DNA of 63,836 nt, counting the filler, from Octopus bimaculoides (Eukaryota): the NCBI RefSeq assembly GCF_001194135.2. It is 8 parts of 7 records of this genome, joined end to end, with 100 filler letters (N's around TTAATTAATTAA, not from the genome) between each part and the next. Parts side by side here need not be neighbours in the genome. Positions count along the whole stretch, not along the records: positions 26,080 to 49,809 come from NC_068987.1; 7 more parts are not named here. The stretch is one strand, 5' to 3'. The first letter of the stretch is position 1. Every line of letters starts with the position of its first letter. Under the pieces are notes generated by a model. That model did no database searches. It saw only the letters and a program-made list of their open reading frames with translations, and was not told where the DNA came from. Position numbers and translations under genes: made by a program. Positions 26,304-38,245 of this stretch are shown here, piece after piece.

Positions 26304-26861
26304 GCTCTCTCTCTTTTTCTACACTAGCATGGCTTAGGCAGGATTTTTCAGTCGGTTCTATAAGAAGAAAATTTCTTCAGTATAGATGTAGAGTGTGAGT
26401 TATTTTGTAGTGTACTGAAATTATTGTTTGTTACTACTCATGGTTTTGCGAGTATTCTCACTGAGATCGTCCTGTATATGTATGCATGAATGAGTGAGTA
26501 TGAGATTGATACTGACGGATGAGGGCAAAAGCAACTCGTAGGTCTTGCTAAGTCTGGAGTAGGGGCAAGGCCCGTATCTTTCGCAGCAACCTCTGTCCAT
26601 CTCTGTGTGTGCATGTTTAGGATTATTTATTCAGACGAGACGAATAGAAAACTCAATACAAAAAAACAGTGCTTCTATTATTTCATTATAGGTGAGAAGC
26701 TAAAGAAGTGGCTCAAAGACTTCAGATTGTGCCGATGCTTTGACATGTGCTCGACTTGTAACTAGAACCCCTCTAGCCACCGCTGAAGCTTTTCAACTAA
26801 ATAATAAAAAAATAATAATGAAAGTAATATATGTGTAAACACACGCACGCACGTGTGTGTG

Positions 26862-26911
<50 letters not shown>

Positions 26912-27092
26912 TACCTCCATATAGACGCAAACACATTTCGATGAATTCTAACATGTGGAACTCGAAGCAGATAAAGCTAAAAAATATTGTATTACTGGAT
27001 TAAAAACACTGGGTAGAAAAAAAATTGAAAGCTACTCGTATATGATAATATATACATGTATGTATAACACGCATGCATATATATAACATGCA

Positions 27093-27141
<49 letters not shown>

Positions 27142-28499
27142 AACACACATGCATGCACATATATCTGTGTGTGTGGGTGGGGGGGAGTCTGCAGCGCATA
27201 GAACACAGCATGTCTGTTCATTTCTCCTACAGTTCGTCTGTTTGTCCTCAGCCTCCAATTCTCTTGCTGGTAATTTTAGTCTGTTTCTCTGACGTGCACT
27301 TAACACTGCTGGGGACACACAGACACGTCTCCATGTTGGCTTCTTCCACTTTGATACATGTATGGATGAGCAGTTGGGTATTGGTGTTTCTTTGCACTTG
27401 TAATTTTGTGTAGTATATATATAAGACATGAAATTGCAAATGCAAAGATACACCAGTACACACACACTAAGGGATTTGCTGCGTGTATGTATGTTAATGT
27501 AACTAATATAATTTGTTTTACATGAAATATAATTATGCACTATTAAATCGACACACATTCACTTAACACGTGTGTGTGTGTGTTTACACACACACTATGT
27601 GTGACCAAATTGAGATTCTTTTGTGTAAGAAGAAAATTTTTGTAAGGGTGGGAGACAGAATGGGTTTAATCAGGATGGGCAGTATATTTTCAGTACCTAG
27701 AAGAGGCTTCTATGTGGTGGTCTCATCTGCTAGATATAGCAGCTAATTCCCCGAAAAAAAAGGTGCGATGTATTTCTTGGATATACGAAAAACAAGATCA
27801 TTATGGTCGGAACATTTTGTTGGATCGAATAGAGCTGACAACAGCTAGTACTAATGTATGCATGCACGCACACGCACACACACAAACGTGTGTTATATCT
27901 GTGTATGTTTTCTTAGATTAGAACTCCGCTCATTTTTGTAGGTTCCTGATTTATATTGACATACAACAAACACTATATATATGTGTCCATTGCTAAACTC
28001 CATCTTCCTGGCCCAGTGGACATGTGGAAGCTATACGGAACCTTATTATTCAGGTCCCGCTCAGATATATTGGCTGTCGAATGAAGTCGTGGGGTAAACT
28101 TCAAATTGTCATTCCCCTATTTAGGAAATGATAGCAACAATAATATACATGAAAATACTGTAATGGCTTTTAATGGTGACAGTTCCACCTGAGCCAGAAC
28201 TAAGAAGTCTACACAGTGTTGCTACAAGAAAAAAGTCCTCCAATACGATACATACACTGTGTGTGTGCCTCTTACAACGGTAGTAAGTTCCAGCAGTGCA
28301 TGCCAAGCAATGCTCGAAATTCTCGGTCCACGAACAACTTTTGTGACTTCTGATTGAAAAAAAAAAAAAANNNNNNNNNNNNNNNNNNNNNNNNNNNNNN
28401 NNNNNNNNNNNNNNNNNNNNNNNNNNNNNNNNNNNNNNNNNNNNNNNNNNNNNNNNNNNNNNNNNNNNNNGCATCATTTTGATTTGAGTGTTAAAGTTT

Positions 28500-29235
28500 T
28501 ATAAAGAGAGTCACTTACCTCCTCTGTTTTCGTGGCTTGGAGGGCAGCAACTTCCTCACTTTCAAGGAGGACAGCTGCCGCAACCCAAGCCACATCTATG
28601 TCTCGCGGGATTCTCTCTATCCTGATCTTGGACGTCCTCCTTCCAAGATACATGGATAGAAGGACCATTTTATTCGACTTCACCGTGTTTACAGCCAGCT
28701 TCCTTGCTACTTCCTCCGTCTTGAACTGGACCACCACTGTCCCATATTTGCTTCCTCTTGCCAAAAACACTATATCCTTAGATACCGCGCACAACGCCTT
28801 CTCAATTGTTTCGGCTTCTACCTTTTTCTGTTCCAGTGAATAAACTTTATACACAATGGTTCTCTTCATCATGTCCTCCATAACTTTCTGTGGAGGCGAC
28901 AGCTTCACGTCACCACCTACTTTATGTGCCATTTTTTGATGTTCTTCCATTTTAGACAAGTCTATTTCATTCCTTTTTAACTCCGTTACCTCAGTAAAGC
29001 TCTTTTCCCCCCAAGACATCTGTCCATTCTGTTTACTGCCTTTACTAATTCCTCTTCTGAAGTGGACAATTCCAATCCGCTAAGGTCCGAATAGAACATT
29101 TTTTCATTAGCCATCACTTTCTCTTGAAACAGAGAAAAAGCACAACCGGTAAACCACTGTAAAGCAGCACAAAATTCAACACTTCAGTACAACTCAATAT
29201 TCGTTCAAAAAATAGGACTTGCAGTGAGAATAAGT
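28500..29235 (-). mobile_element. L1/Tx1-type ORF1 unit E1 (5' part only; 3' side lost)
   Basis: Starts ACTTATTCTCACTGCA; ATG at 29114 MANEKMFYSDLSG...; YGTVVVQFKTEE, IPRDIDVAWVAAAVLL; homology to E3 stops near 28520. Confidence 0.8.
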
Positions 29236-31099
29236 GGATTGTTTTATTGCCCACAAGGGGCCGACATAGAGGGGACAAACATACATGCGAGGACAATTAA
29301 CACATGAAAAATGAAATTTTACAATGAAGGTGAAATGGTCACCCCGGCCCCGCTCCGGGATGATTACGTGATTTCAATTATTTTAAACAAAGAGTCTTTA
29401 ACAGTTCTTTAAAAATAATCTCAACTTACCATTTTATGTTACTTTTAATGTCATCATAATTCACCACTGGGGCGCAGGGTTCAATACTCGCCTCGGGCCC
29501 CAGTAGATTTACATCTGAAGGAAAAGCTTCTTTCAGAGTTCTATATTTTCCTTCCTCCATCAGAATACATCTTATATCCTNNNNNNNNNNAAAATAATCT
29601 CAACTTACCATTTTATGTTACTTTTAATGTCATCATAATTCACCACTGGGGCGCAGGGTTCAATACTCGCCTCGGGCCCCAGTAGATTTACATCTGAAGG
29701 AAAAGCTTCTTTCAGAGTTCTATATTTTCCTTCCTCCATCAGAATACATCTTATATCCTTATCATATCCCTCTGAAAGATTCACCCTAATAATCCTTTTT
29801 CATTTCGTTATTTTCTTCTCCAGTTTTTGGGTCATATGATATGTCACTAAAAAAATTTTGTTTCTGTATACGTCTTGTGTGTCTGTGCTTTTATGTTTCT
29901 GTAACTCTGTGTTATCATGTGTCTGTATTTCTATGTGTCAGTATGTCTGTGTGTTTATGTGTCTGTGAGTCTGTATGTTTGTGTGATTGTAAGTTTGTAT
30001 GTTTGCCTGATGTTGCTGTTTTGTTTGTAGCATTTTTCTTCGGTGATCCCAAGGGCATACTGCTTCTAGTTGTCGTTGTTGGTTGGTCCACTTCCTCTCG
30101 TGCTTTATGTTTCTTCTGTTGTTGCTCCGTTTTAGGTGGTGAACTCCTCCTCTCTCTCTTCCTTGTTTTGGTCTCTATAAACTTTGTGTTCTGTTCTACT
30201 TCTTGAGTCCTCCTCTCCACTTCCATTACGCCTTCTTGTATTTCTATTTCTGTGATTTTCATCGTTTTATGTGGACACCTAATGTGTCCCTTCTCTCCAT
30301 ACTCGTGACACATCGGAGGCCTCCCCTCTAACATTACATCTAGTTTGTTCTCATTGGGCAGCTCCATTGTTTCTGGTATATCTTCGTACTCTTTCTGATT
30401 CACCATATAAATTATCTCTTTCCCGTACCCCCAACAATTTACTTGTTGGGTCCGGTTTATCATTATTACTTTCACCTCCTCGTTGTCTCCTTTCTCTCTT
30501 GCGGTGAAAACTGCCTCTATTATCCATTCTGAATCGATTCTACGTAGGATCCTGCCCACCCTAATTCTGTTTTACTCGTTTACCCAGGTAAGTAGGCAGG
30601 AGTATCCATTTTTCTCCACGTAGCACCTTAGTAGAGTGTCTTTTTGCCTCCTCTTCTGAGACAAAGGTAACTGCCACTGAAGCGTATTTTTTCCCTATGG
30701 TATAAAACGTTATGCTTTCCTTTAATTTTTCCAGACATTTGTCCACTTCCTCCTGTATTGCATTCTCGAGTTTCTTACTTTTTTTTTGAAAAAGTTCTAT
30801 AAATTATCACTCTGCTTTCCATCTTCACCTTGTCTTTCTCTGGTGGGGTCAACTTTGTGTTCAACCCCTCCCTCTTTACCATATATTGATATTTCCGGAG
30901 CAGGTCCAAATCACAATGCAGTTCATTCTGTTTCAGCATACTCGGGACGACAGTACCTTGACTTCCCGTTGCTGCCGCATAGCTCTTCATTTCGCTCATT
31001 CGTCACAGGCCACCAAATAAAGATGGCGCCACACACAAAAAACTGCTGCAAAGCAGCACAAAACAAGCCTCACAAAAGAAACCTGCAGTGAGAATAAGT
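29236..31099 (-). mobile_element. L1/Tx1-type ORF1 unit E2, no ORF2
   Basis: Starts ACTTATTCTCACTGCA; frameshifted ORF1 with YASVAVTFVSEEEAK and CHEYGEKGHIRCP knuckle; ends TGTCCCCTCT..CCCCTTGTGGGCAATAAA; contains a 169-bp assembly duplication. Confidence 0.8.
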
Positions 31100-32704
31100 T
31101 GATTTTTTTAATTACCACAAGGGGTCAACGAAGAGGGGACAATACAAACACATGTGGGGACATATAAAAACGAAAAAAAAAAAAAAATGAAATTGAAAAA
31201 ATAAAAAATTAAAAGATGATATGCATGAATGATACAATGAAAATGAGCTACTTGCCCCCACCTCAAGCAGCATCACTTGCTTCCTTTTGTCTTTTAAATT
31301 CCGAGTCCTTTAAAATGTCTATATCATATTTCTTGGTCAGTTCCTCGTATTTTATATTGTCTGGTATCGTCTTTAAATCACAATTCGCCTTCCAATACTT
31401 ATAACCCCTCTTGAATTTCAATAATTCGTCTTTTTTGGCTTTCGGACACCAGAACACACGAGTGCCATCCAACAATGTTTGTCCATCCTTTGACATGGAC
31501 AAATGTTGCAGTCTTCCATTTTGTTATTTTATTGAGCAGTTCCTTGTCCACACCTTCAACCATCATACACGCGAAACAATTTTCAGTGGGAGGGGGAGTT
31601 TGTTGATCCTTGTGTGTTTGTATTTATTTTTTCTCTTGCTTTGTGTAGGAGGGGAATGGGTGGGTTTGGTATCTGTGGCGGGAGGGTACTTCACTCTGTC
31701 CTTTCTTCTTCCTTCAGCCACCATCCACTGTTCTTCGTTTCTCTTTTCTTCCTTTGCACCTTCTACGGCTCCTTTCCAGCTTCCTCCTGACTTCTCAACT
31801 TCTGCAGAGAGCAGTGTGCTTTAATGTGACCTTTTTGGCCACATTTAAAGCAACGAGGGGTTCTGCCCTCCACTAACACTCTCAACACTACATCTCCAAT
31901 GGTCACCGTTTCCACCACATTTTCCAGTGTTTCTGCAGTGCCTTGTATGATCAGGTCCAATGTTTGGCCTTTTCATACTGAATTTTCTGTTTCCGTAGCT
32001 TGGAGGACGGCTATTTCTTCTTTACTTCCTAGAAGAACAGCCGCCGCAACCCAAGCCACATCTATTTCCGGTGGGATTCCCTCCACCCTAATCCTGGAAG
32101 TCCTACTTCCAAGATAAGTGGGTAGAAAGACCACTTTATCCGACTTTACTGTGGTTACTGCGTGTTCTTTTGCTTTTCCTTCTGACTTGAAATAAACCAG
32201 CATTGTTCCGTATCTGCTTCCTCTGGCAAGATATGTTATGTCTTGCCAGACGGAGCACAGCGCCTTTTCTATTATTTCTGCCTCAACATTTTCAATTTTC
32301 CTTTCTTCCACTGATTACACCTTATATATTCTTGTTTTCTTGTTCATTTCTTCCAGCACTTTCTGTGGTGGTGACAACTTAACGTCATCACCTATCCGAC
32401 ATGCCATTTTCTTGTATTTCTCTGTTTGTCAGGTCCACCTCCTTTTTTGTGACTTCTGTCACTTCTGCAAAACTTTTCTTCTTTAAGCACTTGTCCATTC
32501 TTTCAACTGCTCGTATGAGCTCCTCCTTCGAAGAGGACAATTCAGAACCACTAAGGTCCGAATAGAACATATTTCTTACTGTTGACATTGCTGACCCTCC
32601 TCAAGGCGGAGAGAAAACACAACCAGAAAACCGCTGCAAAGCAGCACAACACACTCCCCAACACAAAACAATCCTCACAAAACAAACTTGCAGTGAAAAT
32701 AAGT
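31100..32704 (-). mobile_element. L1/Tx1-type ORF1 unit E3, no ORF2
   Basis: Starts ACTTATTTTCACTGCA; ATG at 32588; IPPEIDVAWVAAAVLL; intact CFKCGQKGHIKAHC knuckle; C-terminal extension to 31263; ends TGTCCCCTCT..CCCCTTGTGGTAATTAAAAAAA. Confidence 0.82.
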
Positions 32705-34705
32705 TCAAGGTAAAATTACTACCTGCTTTTATAGCAAGTTGATGCAGGTAATTTATCCCGACCCCCTCCGACTTCTAGTTCATGCAATTGAAAAAAACCG
32801 CATTATTTATGGGATGACCCAATAGTTTGTAGAATGAAACCTATTCCTTTGTTATGCACCTTTATTGTGAAAGTTTGAAGTATAAATAAACGTACCTCGT
32901 CCTCTAAAATTAACTGGAATTGTAATAATTATCGGATGATATTGCAAAATATGTTAAGATATAGTAGTTACAATAGTTCTTTAGCCTGAGAACAATCACA
33001 ACTAGACAGATTTATGATTAAAGGCATTCTAGCCGTGGTAATCTCGTCTTCCCTTTTTGTAGTGTCCACATAATGGTGTGAAGGGGTCACGATGTGAGTG
33101 ATCCTTTCTTGACTCCTTTAAGCAATCGATTCAGAGAGAGAGAGAAAGAGAGAAATCGAATCTAGTACTTTATTAAAATTTGACTTGTTCCCCTAAAAAC
33201 TGAAAGGTAAGGTCTGCCTCGATGGGATTTGAACTCGAAACTCAGAGACAGAATAATAGTAAAACATTCTGTCCGACTCTGGCAGTTCGCTGCCTTATAG
33301 AATAAAATATATCTTCGCACAAATTCATAAAATTATGAAACAGAATATAGGCCTTGTGAATTCATTTCATATAACATATTTTTGTAGTTTTACTCTAAAG
33401 GAATTTTGCGTTTATTACCTCCATAGGGGTTAGTCTAATAACGAAAATATTGCGAAGATCCCATTTAGCTGCTATGCAGACGAAAACCACGGACAACAAC
33501 CTGTTAAATTATTTCTAAGCTTTTGTTACCTGCATTAGACATGCTAGCATTTTCTTCCATGCATCGCTAAATAATTTTCTCTCTAAACAGTTCTATTTTT
33601 CTACGTCAATACATTTTTGTTCATTTCCTTAGTGATTCTCCCATCACTACTCCGGCAGGTACTATGAAGTCTGCGTTTCGCTGATGAGGTCATAAGACTG
33701 AATGTATCAAGAGTTGTCTCCCGTACTTACTAAAGGAAGCAAAATATTGTTAGTAGTCAACGACTAATGTCTTTCCTCACCGCATAATTATTTCCAATTA
33801 GCTTTAAATACTCCCTGCATTGTCAAGATGTTATCTAGTGGCGTAGATTTACCAATTAGTAATTACGGATAATTACATAACACATCATGCTTCATATAAG
33901 AATGTATTTTCAACTTTGTTCCAAAACACTTTTGTGTTGTACCAATTCACGTTTAGAGAGAGAGAGAGAGAGAACATTGTTGGCCCAGTAACTGAAGTGT
34001 CTCGATTTTCAGTGTCCTGTGATTCCGCTATCATACACTATTACCACATCTACATTACTTGTTGATTCTGTCTCTCTCTCTCTCTGCGTGTATGTATGAA
34101 TGTGTGTGTACATAAAATGACAAATTGGCAGCATTATCAAGGCTGTGTTAGAATGTTTTGTGCTATATGTTCCGGCTCTCTTCTCTCGAAGTTAGATCCC
34201 ACTGAGATCAAAACTTTGCCTTTCATTCTATCGAGGTCGACAAATAAACGTATCAAATCAGAGCGTGGTGTATTGGCGAAACTGTTGGAGCGCCTGTCGA
34301 GATGTCCTTGTTGCATATCTTTCGACTTCGTGCGTCCTGAATTCATATCCCACTTGCTCTTACTGGGTGAGAGAGAGAACGGTGACACGTTTGTCAGAAG
34401 TTGAGAGTCAATAACAGCAGTGTAAACAATCCATGGGAATATTTGTATCCTTGGTTCGAATATAACATTGGCTGTCATCACTCTTCCACCACCATCATCA
34501 ACATCACTACTCCATCACATAATCGTTACTATTCCACCACTATCACTCTTCCAAAATCATCACCACTCCACCACCACCACATAGTTTGAGGAAAAATGTT
34601 CTTCGATGTTACTACGCTAAGGCTGATGAGACGCACTCAAATTGAAATCGCTATTGTTCTCCCGAGAAAGTTGTATCTGCAAAATTGTTTTAATGCAGAT
34701 TGTTG

Positions 34706-35819
34706 GGGGCTAATGCAGTTTCGCACCTCTCTTTGAAAAATGCATTTTCTTGAAAAAACTTTTTCGGATTCCTACGTTTTAGATGTCGGAGATTACGAAT
34801 ATGCAAAAAAAAAAAAAAATTAATTTCACCCACGTCCCCCTCAAATAATATTTTTTGATTTTGTTTACTGTAAAGAGATCGTAGCGAATGAGCATATGCA
34901 AATGAAAATTAAATACAGACAAAAAGTGAAAAGAATGTGCGTTTTACTTGTGTTTGACTTAAATAATCGTAAATAGTAATTTAATGTAAATTAAATATTC
35001 ACCGTGAAGTATATTTGCCACCTAAATGTGGCTAACCCATATGGGACGATGCTACTGTAGTTTATAGCCCCAGGAAGACATCTCCTCCAGCTGGCTAACG
35101 TGATACACACGCACCCGGGTTTCTGGGTAGTAACCCGTCGTCCGTGTGTATCACGGGATGGGAACGATGATTTCCCTTCGCAAATACTGATCGGGCACAG
35201 ACTGGATGAGATGTCTTCCTGGGGCTATAAACTACAGTAGCATCGTCCCATATGGGTCAGCCACATTTAGGTGGCAAATATACTTAAACATCTGTTTACA
35301 TCTCTCTCAGATTTATTATTGCTTAAATATACACCATTTTATGAGAAAGAAACAATATTTAATAATTAATGTTATAAAGTTTAATAAGGGGCTCAAAATT
35401 CAGCCTCCCCCAATTTTAAATTTTGAACTTTTTCACCCATTTATTTATGTATCTGTCTATTTATCTGTCTGTTTATTTATAAAATATAGTCAACTAAATG
35501 TAGCGGTCTTATAGAAGACGGTGTTACTGTTGTTTTTAGCCGCAGGAAGACATTCGTATCTATCTCTATATGCTGATTGAATTTAAAATTTTGAAAACGT
35601 GGTTTCTTGCATATTCGGAATCTCCATCATCTAAAACATTGTGAAAAAAATAGTTGCGAAAAAGTTCAAAATTTTGAATGAAGTGAGGGGGACAGTTTAA
35701 ATTTTTTTTGTTTTTGCGTATTCGTAATCTCTGACGTCTAAAACGTAGGAATCCGAAAAAGTTTTTTTGAAAAAAGAAAAAACATTTTTCAAGGAGAGGT
35801 GCAAAACTGCATTAGCTCC
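34706..35819. mobile_element. Foldback/MITE-like element, outer inverted arms of about 120 bp
   Basis: 34706-34830 (GCTAATGCAGTTTCGCACCTCTC...TTTTCGGATTCCTACGTTTTAGA...) is the reverse complement of 35702-35819. Confidence 0.8.
35007..35285. mobile_element. Nested MITE with 84-bp TIRs
   Basis: 35007-35090 and 35202-35285 are inverted with 2 mismatches; internal perfect 13-bp stem at 35099-35111 / 35143-35155. Confidence 0.9.
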
Positions 35820-36562
35820 AGATTGCTCTTTTACTGGTTTGTCATTGGACTGATGCCGTGCTGGAGTACCACGTTGAAGGATTTCAGTCGGTCATATCCT
35901 CAAGGCTTATGTTTTGAAATCTGGTACCTATCAATTTTCTAGCGGAGACAGGCATGAAAACAGATACGTGAAACACTCCTCGAGATTCCATGCAGAATCA
36001 GCTTGACACAGGTGCAATCTATACAATCGACTCAACATATTTTCCGTCTACCCAGTTTCACTCTCATGTATGGGTTGACCCGAGGCTATGGAAAATTACA
36101 TTTGTCCAAGATGCCAAGCAGTGGGATCGAACCTAGCACCTCATGGTTGCGAAGCAAACTTTTTAATCTTTCGGCAGAACTGCGCCTAAAAATAACCTGG
36201 AATCAATAAGGAAAATGTCGTTACTTGTAAGAGAGCGGTAGATCGTTCCAGCTGACGTCTGACTGGTAATAAATAAACAAACAAATATATAAATTATACA
36301 TCTTCAATCCTAATTTCATTATCTCCCCACCAACTTCCCTTTAGTCTTTCTTCTACATCTCGTTGGAGCAAGTTTGGGTACTTTCACAGCAAGTTGGTTT
36401 CATCAGCAGCGTTGAGGCCGGGATGGCACATGACCAGCAGACTGTAGACAGAACAATCAGGAGAAATCGTTGACATTCGGAGATAATAACGAACGATTGA
36501 CAACAAATATTTCAGACAGGTTATTTATCTGTTTATTTATCCATTTATTCGTATGTATGTAT

Positions 36563-36601
<39 letters not shown>

Positions 36602-36848
36602 TGCATACATACACACACACTGTTTATATAATCCGCTGCATGGGGTGGTTTATTGTACTAATGTTAAGTTCATAAAACGCAAATGTCTGCATGGCTGAAA
36701 CGAGTAAAATAATAAAAGAATATATATATATATATATATATATGGTAGAAGTTACACTGCCACTTAAGGGCCGAGAATTTTGTGCATGGCACTTAGAATC
36801 TCTCGGCTCTGGATTCACTTAACTTCTGCCGATTAAAAATGATACGTT

Positions 36849-36905
<57 letters not shown>

Positions 36906-37147
36906 NNNNNNNNNNNNNNNNNNNNNNNNNNNNNNNNNNNNNNNNNNNNNNNNNNNNNNNNNNNNNNNNNNNNNNNNNNNNNNNNNNNNNNNNNNNGAAG
37001 GTTTGATGGCATTTTTTTTTTTAGCCCAAGTTAGCTAGCTTGAACTGACGTATGTATGATCGAAGGTAATCCACCAGGACTAATGCTTTTTTCCTTCTAA
37101 GCATAATGCCCTTAAGACCGCAAAACCAATGGTTCTTTTTCTGGTAG

Positions 37148-37521
37148 AGACGGACTATATGTAATCTGAACCTTTCCCCCCCTTATTTATTAATTTTTTT
37201 TACGGAATCCCACGTTTTAGGCTATGGAGATTCCGATTCTGAAAAAAAATTGTTTGAAAAATTTCAATCCCCCCCACCAAGCAGGCTATTTACATGCTAG
37301 AAATAACAGCCAAATCTCACAAAACTAGGGTTAGGGTCAGGGTTAGGGTTTGAGTTAGGGTTAGGTTTACCCTGTGGATCTATATAAAAACCGGGTGGGG
37401 GGGAATCGAAATTTTGAAATTGAGATTTTTGAAATAAATTTTTCAGAATCGGAATCTCCATAGCCTAAAAAAAAAACAAAAAAATAAGGGGGGAAAGGTT
37501 CAGATTACATATAGTCCATCT
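37148..37521. mobile_element. Foldback MITE with long bipartite TIRs
   Basis: GGACTATATGTAATCTGAACCTTTCCCCCCTTATT and TTTTAGGCTATGGAGATTCCGATTCTGAAAA each have an inverted partner on the right side; no TSD found. Confidence 0.85.
37325..37366 (+). repeat. Interstitial TTAGGG-type tract (7 in-register hexamers, degenerate)
   Basis: CTAGGG TTAGGG TCAGGG TTAGGG TTTGAG TTAGGG TTAGGT. Confidence 0.85.
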
Positions 37522-37904
37522 GGACCCTTTTTCTTTTTTAAGGCTGTGATTTAAAGGATATTTGACTACTATTTATTGCAAGTCGAACGATGGTGCACAG
37601 TGCCTCCCTTGTTCGCCTCTTTTTGTTTTGTCTAGCCCCAAGTCAGCACTAATTGGGCAGACTTATAATCAAAAGCTTTCCACCCGTAACCATCTGTCTT
37701 TCTGTATACTAGGAACAAACTTTTTAATGTGGTTGCTAATATTTCTAGCTTTGTTTTGTCGGTAGTAACATTAGTTTGTTTGATAGAACGAAGCTTCTGG
37801 ATGAGAGCTGCTCGGGGAACAGTTGATGATGGTTGTCGTCGGCGATGGATATTTGTAAAATCATTAGACGTCGGATAAAATGCTTTGTAATATTTGTCCC
37901 GGTT

Positions 37905-38245
37905 CTTCACGTTCTGAGTTCAAATCCCGCCGGGGTTGACTTTGACTTTCATCCTTTTGGGGTCAGTGTAATCGACTAACCTTCTCCCACAAAAGTTCAG
38001 GTCTGGTGCGTATAACAAGGGATTATTGTTACAATTAAGGCGGCAAGCTGCCAAAATTGTTCGAGCATCGGATGAATTGTTTTGTGGTATTTCCGACTCG
38101 TTACGTTCTGAGTTCAAATTCCTCCGAGTCCAACTTCGCCTTTCAGTCCTTTCGGAATCGATAAAATAAGTACCAATCAATTACCCGGATCGATGTAATC
38201 GACTTGTTCCCTTCCCTTAAAATTATTAGCCATATGATAATATTT
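37905..38245 (+). mobile_element. Two adjacent SINE family A copies (partial 37905-38030; fuller 38037-38245)
   Basis: GTTCTGAGTTCAAAT and CTTTCATCCTTT motifs occur twice. Confidence 0.75.

Noticed and set aside
29412-29759. Exact 169-bp direct repeat (29412-29580, 29591-29759)
   Set aside because: Copies are identical and separated only by a 10-N gap; this is an unmerged contig overlap.
33681-33708. CTGATGA-GGTC ataa GACT-GAAT hammerhead-like half
   Set aside because: A15.1 is absent and there is no stem I or III complementarity.
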